Assembly (NCBI GenBank): GCA_950097015.1
Contig: CATNEN010000039.1
Coordinates: forward strand, 4,712,001-4,776,000
DNA: 64,000 nucleotides
Origin: Macrostomum hystrix
Lineage: Eukaryota > Animalia > Platyhelminthes
Direction: 5' to 3'
The position numbers were made by a program, and so were the translations under genes. The notes under the pieces are model-generated. The model saw only the letters and a list, made by a program, of their open reading frames with translations, searched no databases and had not been told where the DNA came from. Shown here piece by piece: positions 13,374-23,735 of the stretch. Every line of letters starts with the position of its first letter. Positions within the stretch are counted from its first letter, which is position 1.

Positions 13374-14049
13374 TATTTTCCTGTTTTCCTTATATTCATG
13401 CCGATTGGTTGAATATTTTAGGAGATGCAGGAAAAAGACAAATGCGTTATTTGAAATACCTGAACTGCCCAGATGGTCTTACTACTGTAAATGACGTAAA
13501 TTGCACGACAAGCCCCCAAGCCTTCTCTCCGCGACTGTGCCCCAAAATGAACGTGGCCTCGCCGCGGAATCGAGCTCATGGACCTTGACCGCTCACTGCC
13601 CTCAATTCAACTAGATTCCAAACATGTATGTCCTCATAAACTCAAACTGCCTAATCCCAATATCCCAAGGTTCGCTTCTGGTTCGGCCCGGGCCGGCTAA
13701 ACCAGGAGAGCATTGTCTACGTGCCCAGAGACGATTTTGCCAGCTTTGTCGCCGCCATTCCCAGCAATGGAGCCGCTTATCCCTGGTGGATCGTGCAGAA
13801 CGAGAACCTCGGCACCCTGGTTGCCAGGGTGGACAGGACCAACGCCGCGCTCAGAGCCAACAGGGATGTGAGCTCAGCCTATCGGACTTATCAGGAGGTA
13901 AGCAAATCAAACTGCTAGCTATGGCTGATATATATGAGACTAACAGGTGTCTGACGGTTTAACAGGTGACTTTTGTGTCTAACAGTCTAACAGGTGAATA
14001 TTGAGTCCAACAGTTGTATCTAATGTCGAACAAGTGACTATTGAGTCGA

Positions 14050-14440
14050 AAAGGTGACTCTTGTGTCTAAAAGGTGACTCTTGTGTCTAAAAGGTGACTC
14101 TTGTGTCTAAAAGGTGACTCTTGTGTCTAAAAGGTGACTCTTGTGTCTAAAAGGTGACTCTTATGTCGAACATTTGACTCTTGTGTCTAAAATCTGACTC
14201 TTGTGCCTAAAAGGTGACTCTTGTGCCTAAAAGGTGACTCTTGTGTCTAAAAGGTGACTCTTGTGCCTAAAAGGTGACTCTTGTGCCTAAAAGGTGACTT
14301 ATGTCGAACATTTGACTCTTGTGTCTAAGAGGGGAATCTCGTGTTTAACAGTCTATTAGCTGACACTTTAGTTTAACAGTCTATTAGCTGACACTTTAGT
14401 TTAACAGTCTATTAGCTGACACTTTAGTTTAACAGTCTAA
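14050..14440. repeat. 20-bp (AAGGTGACTCTTGTGTCTAA)n followed by 28-bp (GTTTAACAGTCTATTAGCTGACACTTTA)n minisatellites
   Basis: Direct inspection. Confidence 0.9.
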
Positions 14441-14834
14441 CACGTAAATTTCGCGTCTTCTGGCACCTGTGTGTGTAGCATGGCAAACAAACCATCTGTC
14501 TTCAGATAATGGACTTTCTGGATCAGACCGCGGCCTCCTGTGGTTCTTACTGTTCCGTGGAGAAATTTGGCACGAGCTACGAGGGTCGCGATTTGAAATT
14601 AATCAAGGTGAGACACAAGTAATTTGAGGACGAATCAATATTTTATTATTTATTGACCATCGAAATTGACGTCACAGATTGGCGACAATCAACCGGGAAA
14701 GCGAATCATCTGGATAGACGCTGGCATTCACGCCAGGGAGTGGATTGCGCCAGCCACCGCTTTGTACTTCATCGACAAGGTAGGCACTGATTTAAACAGG
14801 GCAGCACCATTTGCTGCTTGGTATTTGTGTGTTA

Positions 14835-14985
14835 CTGTCTAGATCTATCAGTGTCTCACTGTGTAGATCTATCAGTGTCTCACTGTGTAGATCTATCAGT
14901 GTCTCACTGCGTAGATCTATCAGTGTCTCACTGTGTAGATCTATCAGTGTCTCACTGCGTAGATCTATCAGTGTCTCACTGTCTA
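14835..14985. repeat. 24-bp minisatellite (GTAGATCTATCAGTGTCTCACTGT)n
   Basis: Direct inspection. Confidence 0.9.
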
Positions 14986-15171
14986 GTCGTAGAATAATCA
15001 GTATCTCACGTTTTTACAAAAGAACTTATTCCATGCCCGCAGATCGTCCAGGGCCACAAGGCCTCTGACAGCAGCATTACCTCCATGCTTAACAATTTCG
15101 CCTTCTACATTGCGCCATTGCTAAATCCGGATGGCTACGTGTACACTTTCACTAAGGTCTGCGGCTCTGCA

Positions 15172-15895
15172 TGAATTCAGGGAGTGGCAGATCCTAAAGC
15201 TTCTGAATTCAGGGAGTGGCAGATCCTGAAGCTTCTGAATTCAGGGAGTGGCAGATCCTGAAGCTTCTGAATTCAGGGAGTGGCAGATCCTGAAGCTTCT
15301 GAATTCAGGGAGTGGCAGATCCTGAAGCTTCTGAATTCAGGGAGTGGCAGATCCTGAAGCTTCTGAATTCAGGGAGTGGCAGATCCTGAAGCTTCTGAAT
15401 TCAGGGAGTGGCAGATCCTGAAGCTTCTGAATTCAGGGAGTGGCAGATCCTGAAGCTTCTGAATTCAGGGAGTGGCAAATCCTGAAGCTTCTGAATTCAG
15501 GGAGTCGCAGATCCTGAAGCTTCTGAATTCAGGAAGGGAAGATCCTGAAGCTTCTGAATTCAGGGAGTCGCAGATCCTGAAGCTTCTGAATTCAGGAAGG
15601 GAAGATCCTGAAGCTAGATTGGAATACAATGGCAGATCCTGAAGCTTCATAGGGAGACAATGGCAGATCCTGAAGCTACATAGGGAGATAATGGCAGATC
15701 CTGAAGCTACATAGGGAGACAATGGCAGATCCTGAAGCTTCATAGGGAGACAATGGCAGATCCTGAAGCTACATAGGGAGACAATGGCAGATCCTGAAGC
15801 TACATAGGGAGACAATGGCAGATCCTGAAGCTACATAGGGAGACAATGGCAGATCCTGAAGCTTCATAGGGAGACAATGGCAGATCCTGAAGCCA
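15172..15895. repeat. 31-32-bp minisatellite (GAATTCAGGGAGTGGCAGATCCTGAAGCTTCT)n grading into (ATAGGGAGACAATGGCAGATCCTGAAGCTAC)n
   Basis: Direct inspection; fills carboxypeptidase intron 6. Confidence 0.92.
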
Positions 15896-17775
15896 GTTGA
15901 TCAATCATGCAGGATCGGTTCTGGCGCAAGACCCGCTCGGTGCAGTCGGGCGGTTGCTACGGAGTGGACCCCAACAGGAACTTTGCCTACGAATGGGGCG
16001 GCCAGGGCACCAGCGACAACCCCTAAAGGTACGTTTCTGACGATTTTTCTTAAATATGACGACAGAATGTGTCATAAAGTAAGATTTTAGCAAAAACGTC
16101 ATTTTTTCTGAGTCATAAAAAATGACGAACAACATTTTTACTTAAAACCACGTGAACCACGAGCCTTTCCATGCCTTCTATCATGTGCTGCAGTAAGAAA
16201 GCCATAGGATGATAAAGAAGCGGTCTATTAGAGCAAAAAAATATGACGTGGACAGAAAATATTGACCCATGACACAAGCAGAACAAAATCTGACAAAATG
16301 ACACACGCTGACGGCTTTAACATTTTATTTACGGTTAAACAAAGAAGAGTGTTTCCTGATTTTAATTTTAATGGCTTTTGCTTAATTTAGTTTTAGTAAT
16401 TACATTTTTTGTTTTATATTACTTAACTAATTGTATAAGAACATATTGCAAATATTAAGTAGTTTTTTTCAAACTACAGCACGCTTCTAGGTCGATAGAG
16501 ATTGCTAGACGTTGCTAAAACCTAGTGCTACTAACTTGGTCCTTACACATGAGAGATGGTCCTCACACATTGGCTTCGACGACCAATTTTAATTACTTTT
16601 CCTTTCCTTTCTTCTCTGTGTGGAACTTTTTCCTTTGGCCTAATAATAGCTAAAGTTGTTTAAATAATAATGTGGGCTTGAACTGCAGGGTGCATGCATC
16701 TAAAATCTATATCCTAACTTTCTATAGTCAGCATTCTGTTGCTAGATAGGCTTTTGACGGTCCTAATAGCAATTTTGTAACTTTTTTTCTAGGATAAACT
16801 TTTCTATATATGATAAGACCTTCAATAAGTACATTATAGATAATATGGGTTATTGAGATTATATAGGCTCAATGCGAATAATTTTGGTTTAAAGTTCAAT
16901 AAGTCAATAGCAATCTAGTAAAGTTTAAGTATGTAAATTATAAAGGCATTTGAAACAGAGTATGTTAGGTAGATCATTTACTAAGGACATTTTGGTTAAT
17001 AAAGTATGAAATTATATATATAAAAACTTGATAAGTTCTAATTCTAACACTTTATTAAGTTTTTTCTATTTATAGTATAGCTGGTGTTGGCTATGTTGGC
17101 AGCCAAATTTTTTTATGGTTTAATCATTGCATTGATTATATATCTTATGAGTGTTAAGCATGGTAATAGTTGGTACCCAGAAAAATAAGTTACCAAAAGC
17201 ATTCTGCTAGAACTTCACATTAAGAGGTATTTTTATAGGTATGACTTTCTTTCTAATATGCCATGTATTTGCCAAAACATTGCTTTGCAATAAGTCTATA
17301 TGTTTTTGGTATGGTTTATATGACATTGACCAACTCTAAAGCTAGTCATTCCTTTGTGGATAGTATAATCCAACTTAAGACCTCTATGCTAGTTATCTTG
17401 CTATCTAGATAGTGATAGTGTTTATATTATATAAATTGAAGACAGGTAAATAAGCAATATCTTGACTTGAATCCTAGTATTGATAGCTTGGTAGCAATTT
17501 TTTAAACATTGAATGCATATTATTTTAAAGCACTTCCTGTATTGTCAGACTTTTGACCATAAATATGCTTTGTATTGGCAATATGGATATTAGCTAACTT
17601 TAGAATTCTTAACATTAGTACAAATGAAAATATTATAAAGCTATGTCTTGGATAGTATTACCTAGTAACATAAACATTCCAGGATAATATTGCCTAATTG
17701 AATACTGAAATGGTCTATAAGAGAGCCATTGGTATCTTTCAAAAAGATTTTTGAGACAATTAGAGACCTAGAAAT

Positions 17776-18420
17776 TTGTTCTGTGAGACTGCAAAAGTGA
17801 CGGTTGCACATTTTAGAAAATATGACCTCTGTGTGTTCTATGAGACTGCAAAAGTGACGGTTGCACATTTTAGAAAATATGACCTCTGTGTGTTTTGTGA
17901 GACTGCAAAAGTGACGGTTGCACATTTTAGAAAATATGACCTCTGTGTGTTCTATGAGACTGCAAAAGTGACGGTTGCACATTTTAGAAAATATGACCTC
18001 TGTGTGTTCTATGAGACTGCAAAAGTGACAGTTGCACATTTTAGAAAATATGACCTCTGTGTGTTCTGTGAGACTGCAAAAGTGACGGTTGCACATTTTA
18101 GAAAATATGACCTCTGTGTGTTCTGTGAGACTGCAAAAGTGACGGTTGCACATTTTAGAAAATATGACCTCTGTGTGTTCTGTGAGACTGCAAAAGTGAC
18201 GGTAGTACATTTTAGAAAATATGACCTCTGTGTGTTCTATGAGACTGCAAAAGTGACGGTTGCACATTTTAGAAAATATGACCTCTGTGTGTTCTGTGAG
18301 ACTGCAAAAGTGACGGTTGCACATTTTAGAAAATATGACCTCTGTGTGTTCTGTGAGACTGCAAAAGTGACGGTTGCACATTTTAGAAAATATGACCTCT
18401 GTGTGTTCTGTGAGACTGCA
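17776..18420. repeat. 57-bp tandem array (~11 units) upstream of the YR ORF, inside the element
   Basis: Unit TGTGAGACTGCAAAAGTGACGGTTGCACATTTTAGAAAATATGACCTCTGTGTGTTC. Confidence 0.95.
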
Positions 18421-18561
18421 ACTCAACTTAAATTAGCAACTCAATGTCTCAACCCGAAAATCTGAGATTTTCACATCGTACAATTACCACATGTGTGTGA
18501 ACAGCAGTCTGAAGAAGCAACTAAATTCAGTCTAATTCGGTTTTCATTTCGCTCTTCAGCG

Positions 18562-21500
18562 ATGGAATCCAATCATTGGTCACCTAATCGGCCAGCACGC
18601 AAGCCTCCAGATGCATCCACAAGCCTGCTTCAACATCTCCTAAACGATGCACCAATTTCAATGCTAGAGATGCAAAATCTTCTATTTGATGATCCACAGT
18701 CTAAACAAATGCAAGATGGAGTCCAAGTCATCGACCCGAAGGCGCCACTGATTGCCGCGTCTGATCAGGTGCAAGATGGAGTCCAAGTCATCGACCCGAA
18801 GGCGCCACTGATTGCCGCGTCTGATCAGGTGCAAGATGGAGTCCAAGTCATCGACCCGAAGGCGCCACTGATTGCCGCGTCTGATCAGGTGCAAGATGGA
18901 GTCCAAGTCATCGACCCGAAGGCGTCGCTTACTGCCGCGTCTGATCAGGTGCAAGATGGAGTCCAAGTCATCGACCCGAAGGCGCCACTGATTGTCGCGT
19001 CTGATCAGGTGCAAGATGGAGTCCAAGTCATCGACCCGAAGGCGCCACTGATTGCCGCGTCTGATCAGGTGCAAGATGGAGTCCAAGTCATCAACCCGAA
19101 GGCGTCGCTTACTGTCGCGTCTGATCAGGTGCAAGATGGAGTCCAAGTCATCGACCTGAAGGCGTCGCTTACTGCCGCGTCTGATCAGGTGCAAGATGGA
19201 GTCCAAGTCATCGACCTGAAGGCGTCGCTTACTGCCGCGTCTGATCAGGTACAAGTGACAAGCCAAGTCAGTAAGAGGAAAGTAGGTGCAAATAGTAATT
19301 CAAAAGTCCGGCTCTACAATGAAACCGACTGTGACCTCGACGCTGATGAGGCATCACAGTCTCTATCATCGAGTATTTTCCGTCTGCAGCCTGCTTTGTT
19401 GGAAGGTAAAGGTGACCTTATCTGCTTCACAATCGATGATAATCGCTGTGTGAAAATGGACAAGTCTCTTCGATCGATCGGAAACATTGCCAGTTCCAAA
19501 AGGACTATATTGAAGCCGCGTCAAGGCGTTGACTATGTATGTCATGTCGATCCAACGCACATTATTAAGGCATCAAGAATTAGGCAACATTTTTTTAGGA
19601 AGCATGAAGCTCAGATGTTGGAATATGCTTCCTTTGATGACCTTAGAGAGGAGTTAATTTCATTCAACGAAAAGCGATTTGGTAAGCTGCATAAAGTTAA
19701 GAGGAATACCGACAAATCAACAAAGCGACAAGGCAAGGATTACAGGTGCCACTTAGACAAGTGTCATTTAATAAAAAAATCCAGATTTCTAGAACACTAC
19801 AAGCTATTTCATGCCGACGAGCTCAGATCTGAGGGCCGCAAGAGTCTCATTGAAAAAAGTAAGAGATTTACTATCCAGTTTCTTGCTGCCGAAGATGCAC
19901 AGAGTTCTACTACACAGATGCCGAGGGACTGTGAACTGCAGAAGTCGCTTGATGTCGAAAACTCAACTGAATCGACAGATGAAGATAAAGAAGAACATCT
20001 GATAGCCACATCTTCAAATGCAGTTGGTGTTTGTCCACGCTGTGAAATCCCTGTGACTAACATTTCAAGCCACCTGAAAAACTGGCACAAAATGAGCTCC
20101 GAAGAAGCAAAAGAGTGCATTGCTGGAGTGAAGGAGAAAATCGTCTCGTCATATGTTTCAAGTAGCTGGATGGCGAAATCTGCGCACGCTAGTTCATCTG
20201 CTGCAGCTGAAGAAGAATGGAGTTCTGAGCCAACTTCGGAAAGTTTCTACAATCATCTAAGGTTGTTTAGTGGTGGGAAATTTGCCGAGTCAACTGCTAA
20301 GCAGTCACGAAGGTCTCTCGATAAAATTATGTCGGTTCTTGGAGTTGTTCGACCACTAGAGATTATTAGAGAGAAGCATCGCTCTCAAATAACCGTCTTC
20401 CTAACTGGCAAATCCAATTCATTCTCCGACGGCACGAAGTCCTACGTTGAAGGATTAAAGCGCTTTGGCCAATATCTAAAGAGCTCATTCTCAAGGCTTG
20501 TTTCCAGCAACGGATTGTCAAGTGACTTAGAATCATTTCTATGCACATGTCATAGTTACGGAAAGTCCAGAGTCCGCGACAAAAAAATCGCCGAAGCAAA
20601 GCGCAGGCGCAAATTAGACAAGAGCCTTCTTTCTGTGAACGAACTAAATGTTTGCTTAAACGTCCTTGAGTTCTTTCGAAAAGCCGCCGAATCGACGTCT
20701 GTTGGATCTCAACAGCATCTTTTGTTCCTTGGCCTTCACTTCATTTTCGGCAAAGCAAACTTTCATCGCGCGGACGCTGTGTCGAACGCAAAGATGGAGC
20801 AATTTTTCGAGTGGAAGAGGGATTTGGAGAACGATCCCGATGCCATGTTTGAGGTTGTGGACCATAAAACCTCGACACAAGGTGCTATTTTCGTATCTGT
20901 TTCTGAAGTTAAGGAAAGCTTGCTGGCCTATGGTGAGTTCAGGCTGAATTGTGGCGCTGTTCTCTCAGATTTTTTCTTCGATTACGGTCGTCAAGTCGCG
21001 GGCCACTCCTTTTCGACTTTCCTGCGTAGTCTACGCCGCACTTACCCGATCTTGAACGATCTGAAGCAGTTCGACGTCAAATTTTTTCGACACTTTTTCA
21101 CCACAAAAGGTCGAGAGCACCTAAACGAAGAAAAGCAAAGTGTACTGCACAAGCGAATGAATCATACAAAGCAAGTAGCAGTGCAAAGCTACATGGCTAC
21201 TACGTCTAGTCTAGCCAAAGAAGGTGAAAAAGTTGCAAAAGAGCTTTTCGATATCGCTCTTTCAGAGCCATGCAAAGAAGTGAGCCAGGTGGCTCTAGAG
21301 TCTGAAGTCGAAGTGAGGACTCCTGAGTTTGTCAGTGAGGCACAGAATGCTGATATGAAGAAAAGTAAAACTGCAGCTAGCAAAGGTGCATCTAAGCGAG
21401 TTCACCTAAGCCGCCAGATCAGTACTAAAGTCCGCAAGAATCGAGCCAAGTCGCAGGATCCGAAGACCTTCAAAACTATTAATCATGGAAGACGTTCAAA

Positions 21501-21897
21501 GGCGCAAGCCATTTCAAGAATAGTATCATCACTAATTCATCCAAATGATCAGTCAACGCTAGTGCAGGAGCAGGAACAACCGCGAACGTTTGCAGAGGGT
21601 GACGTCGTCTTGGCAAAACTAAAAAGTTTTCCTTGGTGGCCAGCACTAGTTTGCCGCGAGCAAAAAAGTAACGCTTTTTCTCGCATTGCTTCCAGTGGCA
21701 ATCATTTTCTGCATGTTCAGTTTTTCGAGGAACCACCTACTCGAGAGTGGATAACTTACAAAAACGTGAAACCGTTTAGTCCGACTGACGCCTCTGCTGA
21801 CTGCAGTAATGATCCTGTTCTGTTGGCGGGAATGAACTCAGCACGACAAAGCCTGATGTTAAGCAAAGTGAATCGACTAAATATAGCTAAGTCGTAG
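18562..21897 (+). CDS. Tyrosine recombinase fusion protein: 20-aa repeats, two CHHC-like fingers plus one C2H2 finger, YR catalytic domain, C-terminal PWWP domain (~1111 aa from ATG 18562; ORF open from 18493)
   Basis: YR motifs NFHRADAVSN (R), VDHKTSTQG (K), KFFRHFFTT (R) and MNHTKQVAVQSY (H, Y). PWWP: GDVVLAKLKSFPWWPALV..HVQFFEEPPTREWI. C2H2 finger CPRC..HLKNWH. Uninterrupted 3.3-kb ORF. Confidence 0.82.
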   Translation: MESNHWSPNRPARKPPDASTSLLQHLLNDAPISMLEMQNLLFDDPQSKQMQDGVQVIDPKAPLIAASDQVQDGVQVIDPKAPLIAASDQVQDGVQVIDPKAPLIAASDQVQDGVQVIDPKASLTAASDQVQDGVQVIDPKAPLIVASDQVQDGVQVIDPKAPLIAASDQVQDGVQVINPKASLTVASDQVQDGVQVIDLKASLTAASDQVQDGVQVIDLKASLTAASDQVQVTSQVSKRKVGANSNSKVRLYNETDCDLDADEASQSLSSSIFRLQPALLEGKGDLICFTIDDNRCVKMDKSLRSIGNIASSKRTILKPRQGVDYVCHVDPTHIIKASRIRQHFFRKHEAQMLEYASFDDLREELISFNEKRFGKLHKVKRNTDKSTKRQGKDYRCHLDKCHLIKKSRFLEHYKLFHADELRSEGRKSLIEKSKRFTIQFLAAEDAQSSTTQMPRDCELQKSLDVENSTESTDEDKEEHLIATSSNAVGVCPRCEIPVTNISSHLKNWHKMSSEEAKECIAGVKEKIVSSYVSSSWMAKSAHASSSAAAEEEWSSEPTSESFYNHLRLFSGGKFAESTAKQSRRSLDKIMSVLGVVRPLEIIREKHRSQITVFLTGKSNSFSDGTKSYVEGLKRFGQYLKSSFSRLVSSNGLSSDLESFLCTCHSYGKSRVRDKKIAEAKRRRKLDKSLLSVNELNVCLNVLEFFRKAAESTSVGSQQHLLFLGLHFIFGKANFHRADAVSNAKMEQFFEWKRDLENDPDAMFEVVDHKTSTQGAIFVSVSEVKESLLAYGEFRLNCGAVLSDFFFDYGRQVAGHSFSTFLRSLRRTYPILNDLKQFDVKFFRHFFTTKGREHLNEEKQSVLHKRMNHTKQVAVQSYMATTSSLAKEGEKVAKELFDIALSEPCKEVSQVALESEVEVRTPEFVSEAQNADMKKSKTAASKGASKRVHLSRQISTKVRKNRAKSQDPKTFKTINHGRRSKAQAISRIVSSLIHPNDQSTLVQEQEQPRTFAEGDVVLAKLKSFPWWPALVCREQKSNAFSRIASSGNHFLHVQFFEEPPTREWITYKNVKPFSPTDASADCSNDPVLLAGMNSARQSLMLSKVNRLNIAKS
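18709..19255 (+). repeat. 60-bp coding tandem repeat (QDGVQVIDPKAPLIAASDQV)x9 in the YR protein N-terminus
   Basis: Direct inspection; frame-preserving. Confidence 0.95.
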
Positions 21898-22737
21898 TCT
21901 GTTTTTAACAATAACTCAACCTGTAGTACATTTTTTCACTTCTGGAATCGTCAAAATGGTTCCTGTACTTATTTGCACAGTAAAGGGAATATTAGAAACT
22001 CCAAACTAAAGCAAGCATAATTTCACTCATGCTGTATCCATAAAATCATGCTAATCATTTAACTACCAAATTAGAAGCTCAAAATGGAGAAAAAAGTAGT
22101 GTCGTTTTTTGTCATGTGCCATTGATCGTGATTGCAATCACCAAGATACTCGTAATTTTCTATGTTCGAAAAGTTCTGTTTTTGCGAGTTTAACACATTT
22201 TTTTAAACGTCTAAACTTTTCTAGCAAAGTTGCATAAAATATTTGATATTATACGAGCTATTAGCTAAAATCCTAAGCGCTGACTGTGTAAAGCAATAAG
22301 TCAACGTTAATGAACCTAAAATTGTCTAAGGCTTCTAAGAAAAATTCACTAGCATTCATGAGGCTTTTCACGAAGCGATTCCAGAACCAGAATTATACAA
22401 GAAAAATAGCGTTATAACTAATGACTGTTAATAACACGATAAAGCAAGAAGATTCGATTTTATACGATTTTTAGCCACTTTTATTATTATAGTCAATCTT
22501 TCTCAAAAGTTTCTGAATATCTCTCGACTATTTCTCATCTAGGTGCTGAAAAGTTATAATTGACAAAATGGTTCTGGTTCTGGAATCGGCACCGACAGTA
22601 CGAAAAGCCTACTTGACATCGTTCAAGCAATCGCTAATAATTTACTAATTTACTGCTTTCGTTCCGTTTCGTTTTTCATAATGTATCTAATGGCGTTTCG
22701 TTTCGGGCTCAAATGCTTTTCGTAATCTCGTTCACTG

Positions 22738-23735
22738 GTTCTTTAATGTTTCATTATATTTCATCATGTATTGAGCTCTAATTTTTGCGTCATCTCAATC
22801 ACAGTTCTTTAATGTTTAATTATATTTCATCATGTATTGAGCTCTAATTTTTGCGTTATCTCAATCACAGTTCTTTAATGTTTCATTATATTTCATCATG
22901 TATTGAGCTCTAATTTTTGCGTCATCTCAATCACAGTTCTTTAATGTTTCATTATATTTCATCATGTATTGAGCTCTAATTTTTGCGTCATCTCAATCAC
23001 AGTTCTTTAATGTTTCATTATATTTCATCATGTATTGAGCTCTAATTTTTGCGTCATCTCAATCACAGTTCTTTAATGTTTCATTATATTTCATCATGTA
23101 TTGAGCTCTAATTTTTGCGTCATCTCAATCACAGTTCTTTAATGTTTCATTATATTTCATCATGTATTGAGCTCTAATTTTGCGTCATCTCAATCACAGT
23201 TCTTTAATGTTTCATTATATTTCATCATGTATTGAGCTCTAATTTTGCGTCATCTCAATCACAGTTCTTTAATGTTTCATTATATTTCATCATGTATTGA
23301 GCTCTAATTTTTGCGTCATCTCAATCACAGTTCTTTAATGTTTCATTATATTTCATCATGTATTGAGCTCTAATTTTTGCGTCATCTCAATCACAGTTCT
23401 TTAATGTTTCATTATATTTCATCATGTATTGAGCTCTAATTTTTGCGTCATCTCAATCACAGTTCTTTAATGTTTCATTATATTTCATCATGTATTGAGC
23501 TCTAATTTTTGCGTTATCTCAATCACAGTTCTTTAATGTTTCATTATATTTCATCATGTATTGAGCTCTAATTTTTGCGTCATCTCAATCACAGTTCTTT
23601 AATGTTTCATTATATTTCATCATGTATTGAGCTCTAATTTTTGCGTCATCTCAATCACAGTTCTTTAATGTTTCATTATATTTCATCATGTATTGAGCTC
23701 TAATTTTTGCGTCATCTCAATCACAGTTCTTTAAT
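22738..23735. repeat. 66-bp AT-rich tandem array (~15 units) inside the YR element
   Basis: Unit GTTCTTTAATGTTTCATTATATTTCATCATGTATTGAGCTCTAATTTTTGCGTCATCTCAATCACA. Confidence 0.95.

Noticed and set aside
16027-16034. YR element acting as a spliceable intron using AAG|GTACGT
   Set aside because: An in-frame TAA (16024-16026) precedes the donor, and no matching acceptor lies at the right junction.
17776-18420. 57-bp and 66-bp (22738-23735) arrays next to a recombinase as a CRISPR-like or cassette array
   Set aside because: Units are head-to-tail and near-identical with no unique spacers; the context is eukaryotic and there are no cas genes.
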